From contig JBMSOD010000001.1 in NCBI GenBank assembly GCA_049422085.1, forward strand, positions 1-46,638: DNA of 46,638 nt. Direction: 5' to 3'. Below, one piece after another: positions 19,035-29,582 of the stretch. Numbering within the stretch: position 1 is the first letter of the stretch; the number at the start of each line of letters is the position of its first letter. The position numbers and the translations under genes are program-made. The notes below the pieces were generated by a model. It was given only the letters and a program-made list of their open reading frames with translations. It made no database searches and was not told the origin of the DNA. This DNA is from Burkholderiaceae bacterium (GTDB taxonomy: Bacteria; Pseudomonadota; Gammaproteobacteria; Burkholderiales; Burkholderiaceae_E).

Positions 19035-20054
19035 ATGAGCCTTCCTGCACGCATGCGCCTGATCGATCATGGCGCCGGGGGCGGCCCCGAGGTTCTGAGG
19101 CTGATTGAGTCCGAGGTCCCCGAAATCGGAGCGGGTGAAGTCCTGATCGCGGTCGAAGCAGCGGGCGTCAATCGCCCTGATGTGGCCCAGCGCGCAGGCA
19201 GCTATCCGCCACCGAAAGGGGCATCGCCTCATCTCGGGCTCGAGGTGTCAGGGCGCATTGCTGCAGTGGGGCAGGGCGTCACCGAATGGAAGGTAGGCGA
19301 GGCGGTGTGCGCGCTGGTCAACGGCGGTGGCTACGCCGACTATGTCAGTGCGCCCGCAGGCCAGGTGCTGCCGGTGCCCAAGGGGCTGAACTGGGTGCAG
19401 GCGGCCGCACTGCCCGAAACCTATTTCACGGTCTGGGCGAACATTTTTGAGCGGGGCGGACTCAAGGCGACGGACCGCATCCTGATCCATGGCGGATCTT
19501 CCGGAATCGGCGTGACCGCGATCCAGCTCGCCAAGGCCTGGGGCGCCACGGTCTACTGCACGGTGGGCAGCCCTGAGAAAGCAGCTGCCTGCAGGGGTTT
19601 CGGTGCCGATGCCGCGATCGATTACCGGCAGCAGGATTTCCTGGCTGAAGTCCAACGCCTCACCGAAGGGCGCGGTGTCGACCTGATCCTGGATATGGTG
19701 GGTGGAACCTATGTCGAGAAGAACCTGCGTCTGCTGGCGGTCGAAGGACGTCTGGTTCAGATCGCCTTCCTGCAGCGCTCGCGCATCGAACTCGACCTGA
19801 TGCCGATCATGATCAAGCGGCTGACCGTCACCGGATCCACCATGCGTCCGCGCTCGGCGGCTGACAAGGCGGGTCTGGCTCAGGCCTTGCGTCAGCAGGT
19901 CTGGCCGCTGCTCGAGCAGGGCAGGGTACTGCCGCACATTCATCGTGTTTTTCCGCTCGAGCTGGCCTGCGAGGCCCATGCGCTCATGGAGAGCTCCGAG
20001 CATATCGGCAAGATCATGTTGCAGGTCGGGCGCGATACCAGCCTGCCTGGCTGA
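19035..20054 (+). CDS. NAD(P)H:quinone oxidoreductase (MDR superfamily, PIG3/Qor type)
   Basis: The track ORF starts at 18888 inside the previous gene. ATG 19035 (MSLPARMRLIDHG...) gives 339 aa with an N-terminal GroES-like domain and the nucleotide-binding IHGGSSGIGV. Confidence 0.85.
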   Translation: MSLPARMRLIDHGAGGGPEVLRLIESEVPEIGAGEVLIAVEAAGVNRPDVAQRAGSYPPPKGASPHLGLEVSGRIAAVGQGVTEWKVGEAVCALVNGGGYADYVSAPAGQVLPVPKGLNWVQAAALPETYFTVWANIFERGGLKATDRILIHGGSSGIGVTAIQLAKAWGATVYCTVGSPEKAAACRGFGADAAIDYRQQDFLAEVQRLTEGRGVDLILDMVGGTYVEKNLRLLAVEGRLVQIAFLQRSRIELDLMPIMIKRLTVTGSTMRPRSAADKAGLAQALRQQVWPLLEQGRVLPHIHRVFPLELACEAHALMESSEHIGKIMLQVGRDTSLPG

Positions 20055-20056
20055 AT

Positions 20057-21175
20057 TCAGGTCCGGTGCCGGGAGATGCTCATCAGCATGCCGGCACCCA
20101 GTCCGAGCGTGACCATGGCGGTCCCGCCATAGGACATCCAGGGCAGCGGTACTCCGACCACGGGCAGCAGACCGATCACCATGCCCATGTTCACGAAGCA
20201 GTAGGTGAAAAAGCTCAAGGTGATGGCTGCGGCAAGCAGCCGGCCGAACAGGGATTGCGCCGCCGCTGCGATGCTCAGCCCCCGGAAGATGATGGCCAGA
20301 TAGATCCCCATCAGGAAGATCAGTCCCGCCAGGCCGAATTCCTCGGCATGAACAGCGAGGATGAAATCCGTGGTTCGCTCAGGGATGAACTCCAGGTGGG
20401 TCTGGGTCCCGTCCATCCAGCCTTTGCCGAACCATCCGCCTGAACCCACGGCGATGATCGACTGAATGATGTGAAAGCCCTTGCCCAGCGGATCCGCGCC
20501 AGGGTCGATCAGGGTGAGCACCCGCTGGCGCTGATAGTCGTGCATCACCATCCAGAGCAGGGGCAGGCTCGCCAATCCGGCGGTCAGCAGACCGGCAATC
20601 ACCTTCCAGCTCAGCCCTGCGAAAAAGATCACATAGGCGCCTGCGGCCAGTACCAGGATTGCGGTGCCCAGATCGGGCTGCTTTGCCACCAGCAACACCG
20701 GCACGACCAGCATCAGCGCTGCGACAGCATAGTCCCGTGCGCGCAGCCAGCCATCGCGTTGCTGAAAGTACCAGGCCAGCAACAGAGGCACGGCCAGCTT
20801 CATGATTTCGGACGGCTGGATCCGGGTGAAACCCAGATCGAGCCAGCGCTGCGCGCCCTTGTTGGTCACACCAAACAGCGCCACGGCCACGATCAGGATC
20901 AGACCGACCAGGTACAGGGGCAAGCCGAGCCGCATCAGACGGACTGGCGGAACCAGCGCCGCAGCCCACATGGCGATCATCGCGATGCCGATGTTGCGCA
21001 GGTGGCCTTCGAAGCGCCCTGGAAAGTCGAAGGCGGCCGAATACTGGACCGTCAGACTGACCAGCAGGAGAACGGCCATTGCAAGCAGCAGCGGACCATC
21101 AAAGACATCGACCCAGGGTTTCAGGCGGTCAACCCAGAGCCTGCGCAACAGACCGTCATGCGTGGTACGGCTCAT
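20057..21175 (-). CDS. rodA: peptidoglycan glycosyltransferase RodA (SEDS family)
   Basis: 372-aa polytopic ORF of the FtsW/RodA/SpoVE type, overlapping the mrdA stop as ATGA. Position at the end of mreBCD-mrdA is canonical. Confidence 0.92.
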   Translation of the reverse strand: MSRTTHDGLLRRLWVDRLKPWVDVFDGPLLLAMAVLLLVSLTVQYSAAFDFPGRFEGHLRNIGIAMIAMWAAALVPPVRLMRLGLPLYLVGLILIVAVALFGVTNKGAQRWLDLGFTRIQPSEIMKLAVPLLLAWYFQQRDGWLRARDYAVAALMLVVPVLLVAKQPDLGTAILVLAAGAYVIFFAGLSWKVIAGLLTAGLASLPLLWMVMHDYQRQRVLTLIDPGADPLGKGFHIIQSIIAVGSGGWFGKGWMDGTQTHLEFIPERTTDFILAVHAEEFGLAGLIFLMGIYLAIIFRGLSIAAAAQSLFGRLLAAAITLSFFTYCFVNMGMVIGLLPVVGVPLPWMSYGGTAMVTLGLGAGMLMSISRHRT

Positions 21176-23148
21176 CGGGGCGCGTCCTGGCGGTTTGCAG
21201 GCGGTGCCAGCCGTTCTGTCGCGCCGCCGAGGTCAGACTCCGGGGCTTCGGGCACATCACGCAGTTCGGTTTCGTTGGCCATGGCGCCTGCCGCGGCGCC
21301 CGGTAGGTCGTTCGTGACCTTGCCCAGCAGAAGGTAATCGAACACCTTGCGGGCAATCGGCGCAGCGGCCTGCGCACCGAAGCCGCCGTTTTCCACGATC
21401 ACCGCGAGGGCGACCCGGGGCGCTTCGGCTGGCGCGTATGCCATGAACAGCGAGTGATCCCGATAGCGTTCGGCGATGCGTCGGGCGTCGTATTTCTGAT
21501 CCTGTCGGATGCCGATGACCTGCGCAGTGCCGGTCTTGCCTGCTGCGACATAGTCGGCGCCTGCAAACGCGAGCCTGCCCGTGCCAATACGGTTCACCTC
21601 GATCATGCCCTGCTGCACCAGGGCGAGGTGCTGGGGCGGGATGGTGATGTCCTGCCCTCGATTCAGCGGAGTCGGCGTCTTCTGGCCCGTGACCGGATCC
21701 TGGGTCTCGCGCACCAGGCGGGGCCGCATCACCTGACCCCGGTTGGCCAGGATGGCCGTGGCATGCGCCAGTTGCAGGATCGTGAAGTTGTTATAGCCCT
21801 GCCCGATCCCGATCGAGGGGGTTTCGCCCGGCAGCCATTTCTGCTTGTAGCGCTTCATCTTCCATTGTGAAGACGGCAGGATGCCCGTGGCTTCGTGGGC
21901 AAGATCGATTCCGGTCAGCTGACCGAACCCCCAGGGTTTCATGTAGTCGTGAATCCGGTCGACACCCATCTCGAGCGCCGCGCCGTAATAGTAGGTGTCG
22001 GATGACACCACGATGGATTTGCGCAGGTCGACCGCCCCATGCCCGCTGGGATTGGAGTCACGGAACTTGTGCGTGCCCAGCATGAAGTAGCCCGGATCGT
22101 TGATGACGGTTGCCGGGCCTCGGACCCCGCTGTCGAGCACGGCCAGGGCCATGAAGGGTTTGTAGGTCGATCCGGGTGGATAGGTGCCCCTCAGGGGCCG
22201 GTTGAGCAGCGGCGTATCCGGATCCTCGTTGAGGGATTTCCAGGTTGCGGTATCGATGCCATCCACAAACAGATTGGGGTCGTAAGTGGGTACCGAAACA
22301 AAGGCCAGCACTTCTCCGGTTGCAGGCTCGATGGCCACCAGCGCGCCCCGACGATCGCCGAACCATTGTTCGACCAGACGCTGCAGGGTCATGTCGACCG
22401 AGAGCACGACATTCGCACCGACCCGGGCCGGGACACGCGACAGCGATCGAACCACCTTTCCGCCCGCGGAAACCTCGACCCGTTCGATGCCCGATTCGCC
22501 CCTCAGGACGGCTTCATAACTCTGTTCGATGCCGATCTTGCCCATGTGGGTCGCCCCGGCATAGCGGGAGGCCTCTCCTGCATCGTCGAGTCGACGCTTG
22601 TCCTCCTGCGAAATCCTGCCGATATAGCCAACGACATGAGCGCCGGTCTGACCCTGTGGATAGCTTCGAAACGGGCGGGCGCGGACATCCACGCCTTCAA
22701 ACCGGTAGCGGTGAGCGGCCACCCGCGCGACTTCCTCGTCGCTCAGCCGGGTCTTGAGCGGCAGCCATTCTGCGCCGCGGTGGTCTTCCATCAGCCTGCG
22801 AAACCGTCGTCGCTCGCGCGGTCCGATCTCGATCAGGCTCGACAGCTCGTCGATGGTCCGCTCGAGATCGGCGATCCGACGTGGTGCCAGTTCGAGCGTG
22901 AAGGCAGAGACGTTTTCTGCAACCACGGTTCCCTTGCGATCGAGGATCAGGCCCCGTGCCGGCGCAACTGGAACCACCGCGATCCGGTTGTCTTCAGCCT
23001 GAGCCTGGAAGTCCTCATGGCGCAACACCTGCAGCCAGACAAAGCGCAGCAGCAGCACACCGAACAGCAGCATCACGAAGACGCCCGCCCAGAGCAGGCG
23101 GGACCGCAACTGGCGCTGTGCACGCTCCGGATCTGAAATCTCGATCAC
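21172..23148 (-). CDS. mrdA: penicillin-binding protein 2 (elongasome transpeptidase)
   Basis: The track ORF (890 aa) runs through mreD in another frame. GTG 23148 (VIEISDPERAQRQLRSRLLWAGVFVMLLFGV...) gives 658 aa with a short cytoplasmic tail and one TM segment, as in E. coli PBP2. It carries SxxK (GSTYKP), SSD and KTG (GKTGTAQ) motifs. Confidence 0.9.
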   Translation of the reverse strand: MIEISDPERAQRQLRSRLLWAGVFVMLLFGVLLLRFVWLQVLRHEDFQAQAEDNRIAVVPVAPARGLILDRKGTVVAENVSAFTLELAPRRIADLERTIDELSSLIEIGPRERRRFRRLMEDHRGAEWLPLKTRLSDEEVARVAAHRYRFEGVDVRARPFRSYPQGQTGAHVVGYIGRISQEDKRRLDDAGEASRYAGATHMGKIGIEQSYEAVLRGESGIERVEVSAGGKVVRSLSRVPARVGANVVLSVDMTLQRLVEQWFGDRRGALVAIEPATGEVLAFVSVPTYDPNLFVDGIDTATWKSLNEDPDTPLLNRPLRGTYPPGSTYKPFMALAVLDSGVRGPATVINDPGYFMLGTHKFRDSNPSGHGAVDLRKSIVVSSDTYYYGAALEMGVDRIHDYMKPWGFGQLTGIDLAHEATGILPSSQWKMKRYKQKWLPGETPSIGIGQGYNNFTILQLAHATAILANRGQVMRPRLVRETQDPVTGQKTPTPLNRGQDITIPPQHLALVQQGMIEVNRIGTGRLAFAGADYVAAGKTGTAQVIGIRQDQKYDARRIAERYRDHSLFMAYAPAEAPRVALAVIVENGGFGAQAAAPIARKVFDYLLLGKVTNDLPGAAAGAMANETELRDVPEAPESDLGGATERLAPPANRQDAPR

Positions 23149-23165
23149 TGCCTGGGCCCGTCCGC

Positions 23166-23684
23166 TCAGATCGGTCGGTTTTCGTCGCGGTCGACCGGGC
23201 GGCGCTGGGGCCACAGCAGCAGCCGGTCGGCCAGGGGCCACAGCAGTGCACTGGTCACCGGGGCCAGCCAGACCGTCCAGGGCGCTTCTGCCGCCCCGAG
23301 CGCAGCCCGGATGAGCCAGGACACGGTCACCGCAGACAGCATCAGCAGGCCGACATGCAGCATCTGGCCTGCCGAAGCGAACCACAGGACCCGGCGATGC
23401 AGGCTGATGGCGCCGAATGAAAGCAGGCTGTAGGTCAGTGCACGCTCGCCCAGAAGGCTGGAGGTATGGACATCGACCAGCAGTCCGACAAGGAAGGCAA
23501 CCCCGATGCCGACCTTGCGGGGTTGATGAATGTTCCAGAACACCAGGACCAGCGCCACCAGATCGGGCATCCAGGGGCTCTGTCCCCAGGGCAGCATTTC
23601 TGACAGGCAGGCAAGCACGATCGAGAGACCGATGAACACCCGGCTTACGGGTCTTTGCAGGGGGGCGGCGCGACCTGCCATCAT
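23166..23684 (-). CDS. mreD: rod shape-determining protein MreD
   Basis: 172-aa hydrophobic ORF immediately after mreC with an ATGA overlap, in the canonical position. Confidence 0.85.
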   Translation of the reverse strand: MMAGRAAPLQRPVSRVFIGLSIVLACLSEMLPWGQSPWMPDLVALVLVFWNIHQPRKVGIGVAFLVGLLVDVHTSSLLGERALTYSLLSFGAISLHRRVLWFASAGQMLHVGLLMLSAVTVSWLIRAALGAAEAPWTVWLAPVTSALLWPLADRLLLWPQRRPVDRDENRPI

Positions 23685-24601
23685 CGCCGGGCCTCTGATT
23701 TCTGGGGTTTTTGTGCCGAACGCCGACCGCGGGACGCAGGCTCGGGGTCCGGTGGCATGGGAACCACCTGAGGTTCGGCCAGCAGGACCAGTACCCAGCG
23801 TGCCGCTTCGACCTGCCCACTGGGCTTGAGTTCGACCTGCGCAAACGCGCTGCCCGCCTCGCGTGTGATCCGCTGGATGGAGCCCACCGGCAGGCCCGCC
23901 GGGTAGAGGCTGTCGAGTCCCGAGGTCACGATCTCGTCACCCTCGACCAGATCGGCATGAGGCGACACATAGCGCAGGCTGAGCAGGCCGGGTGTCCCAG
24001 CCCCGCTTGCCACCGACCTCAGGCCGGTTCTCCTCGACTGAACCGGCACGCTGAGGTTGGTATCGGTGATTCGCGTGATTTCGGCGGAAAGCGCAAAGAC
24101 CCGCGTGACCTGACCGACGACGCCGTGGGCATCGACCACCGGCTGGCCTGCCAACAGGCCCTGCTGCAGCCCCTTGTCGATCACCCATCGCTGCACGTTC
24201 GGATCGCGACTTTCGAACAGGACCTCGGCGACGACCGCACGCGTGGCTGCCCGCTGTCTGGCCTGCACCACTTCACGCAACTGACGGTTTTCCTGAGCGA
24301 GTTGCTCGGCAAGCAGCAACTGCCTGCTGTTTTCGACTTCGAGGCGCTTGAGTTCGGTGTTCTCGCGACGCAACTGTTCCATCTCACCCAGGCGCTCGGA
24401 GAGGCTGCCGAAAGCATCCCGGGGTACCAGCAGCATGCGCTGGACCGGGTAGAGCAAGGTGGCGATCCCCTGCCTGAGCGCGATCAGTGCTCCGGTTCGG
24501 GCATCGGTGATCAGAAGCGCGATCGCGAGCGAGGCAAACAGCAGCAGACGGACCGTGGCGGACGGGCCCTGCCGGAAGAACGGTGGCGGGCTGCGGTCCA
24601 T
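23681..24601 (-). CDS. mreC: rod shape-determining protein MreC
   Basis: 306-aa ORF with an N-terminal TM segment, a coiled-coil (ENTELKRLEVENSRQLLLAEQLAQENRQL), beta-barrel domains and a Pro-rich, basic tail. Confidence 0.9.
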   Translation of the reverse strand: MDRSPPPFFRQGPSATVRLLLFASLAIALLITDARTGALIALRQGIATLLYPVQRMLLVPRDAFGSLSERLGEMEQLRRENTELKRLEVENSRQLLLAEQLAQENRQLREVVQARQRAATRAVVAEVLFESRDPNVQRWVIDKGLQQGLLAGQPVVDAHGVVGQVTRVFALSAEITRITDTNLSVPVQSRRTGLRSVASGAGTPGLLSLRYVSPHADLVEGDEIVTSGLDSLYPAGLPVGSIQRITREAGSAFAQVELKPSGQVEAARWVLVLLAEPQVVPMPPDPEPASRGRRSAQKPQKSEARR

Positions 24602-24618
24602 GATGCCGCCGTGTCAGT

Positions 24619-25707
<1,089 letters not shown>

Positions 25708-25754
25708 TCATACCCTATCATTGCCGGTTTCCCGCCGTCGCATGGAGGCCCACG

Positions 25755-26042
25755 CTGGCTCTCACCGCACAGGATGTCGCGCGTATTGCCGAGCTCGCGC
25801 GGCTCGACCTCAGCCCCGCTGAAGCGGAGCAGGCGCTCGGCCAGTTGAATGCCGTGTTCGGTCTGATCGAATCCCTCCAGGCAGTCGATACAACCGGAGT
25901 GGCGCCCATGACCCATGCGGCCGACCTCACCCTGCGTCTGCGGGCAGATGAAGTGACCGAACCGGACCAGCGCGAAGCCTCGCAGCGAAGTGCGCCTGCG
26001 GTGGCCGAAGGGCTCTACCTCGTACCCCGGGTGATCGAATGA
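25755..26042 (+). CDS. gatC: Asp-tRNA(Asn)/Glu-tRNA(Gln) amidotransferase subunit C
   Basis: The track reports only the 65-aa C-terminal part, from an internal TTG at 25845. The frame stays open upstream and encodes (L)[35 protein letters not shown], the conserved GatC N-terminus. The proposed CTG start at 25755 has GGAGG (25744-25748) 6 nt upstream and gives 95 aa. The stop overlaps the gatA ATG (ATGA). The gene call is firm; the start is uncertain. Confidence 0.8.
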   Translation: MALTAQDVARIAELARLDLSPAEAEQALGQLNAVFGLIESLQAVDTTGVAPMTHAADLTLRLRADEVTEPDQREASQRSAPAVAEGLYLVPRVIE

Positions 26043-27547
26043 GCAGGTCCTGGCACGAACTTGATCTGGCCGCGCTGCGTCGGGCCCTTGATCAGGGCGA
26101 GGTGAGTGCGACCCAACTGGCCGGGCACTTTCTGGAACGAATCGCGTCCAGCAGGCTCAATGCCTTCACGGGGGTCCATCCTGAGGCCACCCTCGCGCAG
26201 GCGCGCCAGGCCGATGGGCGACTTGCTGCAGGCGAACGCACGCCTCTGCTGGGCATTCCGGTGGCACACAAGGACATCTTCGTCACCCGCGACTGGGCGT
26301 CCACCGCGGGCTCGAAAATGCTCGAGGGCTACATGAGCCCGTTTGATGCAACCGTGGTGGCAAGACTTCAGGCGGCGGGCGCCGTCTGTCTGGGCAAGAC
26401 CAATTGCGACGAATTCGCGATGGGCTCGTCCAATGAACACTCCCATTTCGGGCCGGTTCGAAATCCCTGGGATGAGTCTGCGGTGCCTGGGGGGTCCTCG
26501 GGCGGTGCTGCCGCCGCAGTGGCCGCAGGACTCACTCCCTTGGCCACCGGAACCGATACCGGCGGCTCAGTCAGGCAGCCCGCGGCGTTTTGCGGGATCA
26601 CCGGCATCAAGCCCACCTATGGACGGGTCTCCCGCTACGGGATGATCGCCTTCGCGTCCAGCCTTGATCAGGGTGGCGCGATGGCCGCCTCGGCGCTCGA
26701 GTGCGCAGCCCTGCTCAATGCGATGGCCGGCTTCGACCCGCGCGATGCCACCAGCCTCGCGCTGGATGCCGAGGATTTTGTGCAAGGCCTGCAAGGCAGT
26801 CCGCTGCCCCAGGATCGACCGGCCCCTGATGCAGGCAGTTCGAAGCCACTCGCAGGGCTCCGGGTGGGCGTGCCCGAGGAATGGTTTGGCGAAGGACTCG
26901 CGCCCGATGTGGCCCGGGCGGTCAAGGCGGCGCTGGCCGTGTTCGAGTCCCTCGGGGCCGAACTGATCGGGGTGACCCTGCCGCGAACCCGTCTGGCCAT
27001 CCCGGCGTACTACGTGATCGCTCCTGCCGAAGCCTCGAGCAATCTGTCCCGCTTCGATGGCGTGCGCTACGGCCACCGCGCGAGTGATGCCAGGGATCTG
27101 GGCGAGCTCTATCGCAAGACGCGCTCCGAAGGCTTCGGCCCCGAAGTGCGCCGACGCATTCTGATCGGCACCTACGTGCTCTCGCATGGTTACTACGACG
27201 CCTACTATCTTCAGGCCCAGAAGCTCAGACGTCTGATTGCGCAGGATTTCGATGCTGCCTTTGAGCGTGTCGACCTGATTGCGGGCCCGGTGGCGCCCAC
27301 GGTGGCATGGAACCTGGGCGAAATCGTGGATGACCCGGTGCGCAATTACCTGGCCGATCTCTACACGCTGGGCGCATCCCTGGCCGGGTTGCCCGGCATG
27401 TCGGTGCCGGCCGGCTTCGGCGAAGGCTCGCGACCGGTCGGTTTGCAACTCATCGCACCCCGCATGGCCGAATCGAGGCTGCTCGCTGCGGCTGACCGGT
27501 TTCAGCGGGCCACCGACTGGCATCGCCATCGCCCTGCAGGAGTCTGA
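26039..27547 (+). CDS. gatA: Asp-tRNA(Asn)/Glu-tRNA(Gln) amidotransferase subunit A
   Basis: 502-aa ORF with the amidase signature [14 protein letters not shown] and the KD...S catalytic context (VAHKDIF). Confidence 0.95.
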   Translation: MSRSWHELDLAALRRALDQGEVSATQLAGHFLERIASSRLNAFTGVHPEATLAQARQADGRLAAGERTPLLGIPVAHKDIFVTRDWASTAGSKMLEGYMSPFDATVVARLQAAGAVCLGKTNCDEFAMGSSNEHSHFGPVRNPWDESAVPGGSSGGAAAAVAAGLTPLATGTDTGGSVRQPAAFCGITGIKPTYGRVSRYGMIAFASSLDQGGAMAASALECAALLNAMAGFDPRDATSLALDAEDFVQGLQGSPLPQDRPAPDAGSSKPLAGLRVGVPEEWFGEGLAPDVARAVKAALAVFESLGAELIGVTLPRTRLAIPAYYVIAPAEASSNLSRFDGVRYGHRASDARDLGELYRKTRSEGFGPEVRRRILIGTYVLSHGYYDAYYLQAQKLRRLIAQDFDAAFERVDLIAGPVAPTVAWNLGEIVDDPVRNYLADLYTLGASLAGLPGMSVPAGFGEGSRPVGLQLIAPRMAESRLLAAADRFQRATDWHRHRPAGV

Positions 27548-27549
27548 AC

Positions 27550-28005
27550 ATGCGCCTGATTGCACGAACCCTGACCCTGGCCCTGCTGCTAGCGCTTGCG
27601 GCCTGCGCGCCCCTTGCGCCTCCGGGCTCCCGCCCGACCCCGCTGCCCGATCGGCCGATCGACATTTCGGGCCGCTGCAATCAGACCGAAGAAGATGGCT
27701 TTCATGAGCAGGCCAGGCTTGATGTGCGCGGCAATCGGGTGCAGGCCCTGTCCTGGCGGATCGATATCGGACGCAAGGGTCATTGCCATTTCGAGCTTGG
27801 CGACTTCAGGCAGGTTCAGGCGCGGCCCTCGATCGAGTTGCTGGAGCGCTCCGGGGGTGCCTGCAAGCTGATGGTGTGGCAGGGACAGGGCCGGGTCACG
27901 CTGGCCCATGCCGGATGCGAGCGATTTTGCTCGGGGGGAATTTACGAGCAGGCCTGGCCGGTGATGTTCGATGCCGCAACCGGCGCATGCGCGTCGGTGC
28001 GCTGA
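27550..28005 (+). CDS. predicted Cys-rich lipoprotein of unknown function
   Basis: 151-aa ORF that fills the gatA-gatB gap exactly: it starts 2 nt after the gatA stop and stops 16 nt before the gatB ATG. It has a signal peptide and lipobox (LLLALAAC), then six further Cys residues. I recognise no family. Confidence 0.6.
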   Translation: MRLIARTLTLALLLALAACAPLAPPGSRPTPLPDRPIDISGRCNQTEEDGFHEQARLDVRGNRVQALSWRIDIGRKGHCHFELGDFRQVQARPSIELLERSGGACKLMVWQGQGRVTLAHAGCERFCSGGIYEQAWPVMFDAATGACASVR

Positions 28006-28021
28006 TCATGAGGACGGGTTC

Positions 28022-29515
28022 ATGAAGGCTTGGGAAGTGGTGATCGGATTGGAAACGCATGTGCAGCTGGCCACGCGTTCCAAGATCTTTTCGGGCGCCT
28101 CGACGGCGTTTGGTGCCGCGCCGAACACGCAGGCCTGCCCGGTGGATCTGGCCCTGCCCGGCGTGCTGCCTGTCATGAATGCCGCAGCGCTCGAATGCGC
28201 GGTGAGGTTTGGTCTGGCGGTGGGCGGTCAGGTGGCCGCACGCTCTGTCTTTGCCAGAAAGAATTATTTCTATCCCGACCTTCCCAAGGGCTATCAGATC
28301 AGTCAGTACGAGCTGCCCGTGGTCAGTGGCGGCGTGCTCGTGCTGCACTGGAAGGAAGGCAACGAGGTGCGCAGCAAGACCGTGCACCTGACCCGTGCCC
28401 ATCTCGAGGAAGACGCCGGCAAGTCGCTGCACGAAGACGCCATGCGGGCCATCGGGCCCGAGTACGCCGGGTTCTCGGGCATTGATCTCAACCGTGCCGG
28501 AACCCCTTTGCTCGAGATCGTGAGCGAGCCCGAGATGCGTTCTGCCGCCGAGGCCGTGGCCTATGCGCGCACCCTGCATGGGCTGGTGACCTGGCTCGGC
28601 ATTTGCGACGGCAACATGCAGGAGGGTTCGTTCAGGGTCGATGCGAATGTGTCGGTGCGTCCGGTGGGGCAGGCCGAATTCGGGACCCGGTGCGAGATCA
28701 AGAATCTCAACTCCTTCCGCTTTCTGGAGCGGGCGATCGAGACCGAGACGCGCCGCCAGATCGAGCTGATCGAAGACGGCGGCAGGGTCGTGCAGCAGAC
28801 CCGGCTCTATGACCCCGATCGCGACGAAACCCGGGCGATGCGCAGCAAGGAGAACGCGGACGATTACCGCTACTTTCCGGACCCGGATCTGCCGCCTCTG
28901 GTGGTCGATACCGACCTGTTGCGTCGGGTGCAGGACAGTCTGCCCGAGTTGCCTCAGGCCATGCGCGAGCGCTACGAAAGCACGCTCGGACTCAGTCCCT
29001 ACGACGCCGCAACGCTGACTTCCGATCGCGAGACGGCAGCCTGGTTCGAGCGTCTGCTCGTGGCGCTACCCGACCGGGCGGCGCTCGCAAAAACCGCGGC
29101 CAACTGGGTGATGGGCGAGGTGGCTGCCCAACTCAACCGGGAGGGCCTGGAGATCGGTGCCTGCCCGGTGAGCCCGGCCCAGCTGGCCTTGCTCTTGCAG
29201 CGCGTCCATGACGGCACCCTGTCGAGCAAGCTGGCACGCGAGGTGTTTCAGAGCCTCTGGAGCGAGCGCCCCGAGGGTGACGATGCCGCAGACCGCATCA
29301 TCGAGGCGCGCGGCCTGCGCCAGATCAGTGACAGCAGCGAACTCGAGCGGATCGTCGACGAGGTTCTCGCGGCCAATGCGCGGTCTGTCGAAGAATTTCG
29401 CGCAGGCAAGGAAAAGGCCTTCAATGCCCTGGTGGGTCAGGCCATGAAGGCGACCCGCGGCAAGGCCAATCCGGCCCAGGTCAACGAGATGCTCAGGCGC
29501 AAGCTCGGAGGCTGA
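28022..29515 (+). CDS. gatB: Asp-tRNA(Asn)/Glu-tRNA(Gln) amidotransferase subunit B
   Basis: The track starts at 27971 inside the lipoprotein gene. ATG 28022 gives [16 protein letters not shown], the canonical GatB start, and 497 aa with a C-terminal YqeY-like tail. GAGGA lies upstream. Confidence 0.95.
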   Translation: MKAWEVVIGLETHVQLATRSKIFSGASTAFGAAPNTQACPVDLALPGVLPVMNAAALECAVRFGLAVGGQVAARSVFARKNYFYPDLPKGYQISQYELPVVSGGVLVLHWKEGNEVRSKTVHLTRAHLEEDAGKSLHEDAMRAIGPEYAGFSGIDLNRAGTPLLEIVSEPEMRSAAEAVAYARTLHGLVTWLGICDGNMQEGSFRVDANVSVRPVGQAEFGTRCEIKNLNSFRFLERAIETETRRQIELIEDGGRVVQQTRLYDPDRDETRAMRSKENADDYRYFPDPDLPPLVVDTDLLRRVQDSLPELPQAMRERYESTLGLSPYDAATLTSDRETAAWFERLLVALPDRAALAKTAANWVMGEVAAQLNREGLEIGACPVSPAQLALLLQRVHDGTLSSKLAREVFQSLWSERPEGDDAADRIIEARGLRQISDSSELERIVDEVLAANARSVEEFRAGKEKAFNALVGQAMKATRGKANPAQVNEMLRRKLGG

Positions 29516-29542
29516 TCAGCGCCTGCCCTCCTGGTGTTCCCA

Positions 29543-29581
29543 GCGCAGCGCGGCGTCTTTTTTCGAACGCCGCGACTGCGC
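29543..29581. terminator. GC-rich stem-loop between convergent gatB and pyrE (candidate bidirectional terminator)
   Basis: Left arm gcgcagcgcggcgt (29543-29556), loop cttttttcga, right arm acgccgcgactgcgc (29567-29581): 14 bp with one bulged A. There is no flanking U-tract on either strand, so intrinsic-terminator status is uncertain. Confidence 0.4.
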
Positions 29582-29582
29582 C

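Noticed and set aside
23149-23844. 232-residue N-terminal extension of the PBP2 ORF (the track gives 890 aa)
   Set aside because: The extension overlaps all of mreD in another frame and is Pro/Arg/Gly-rich. A GTG at 23148 reproduces the standard PBP2 architecture of a short tail plus one TM segment.
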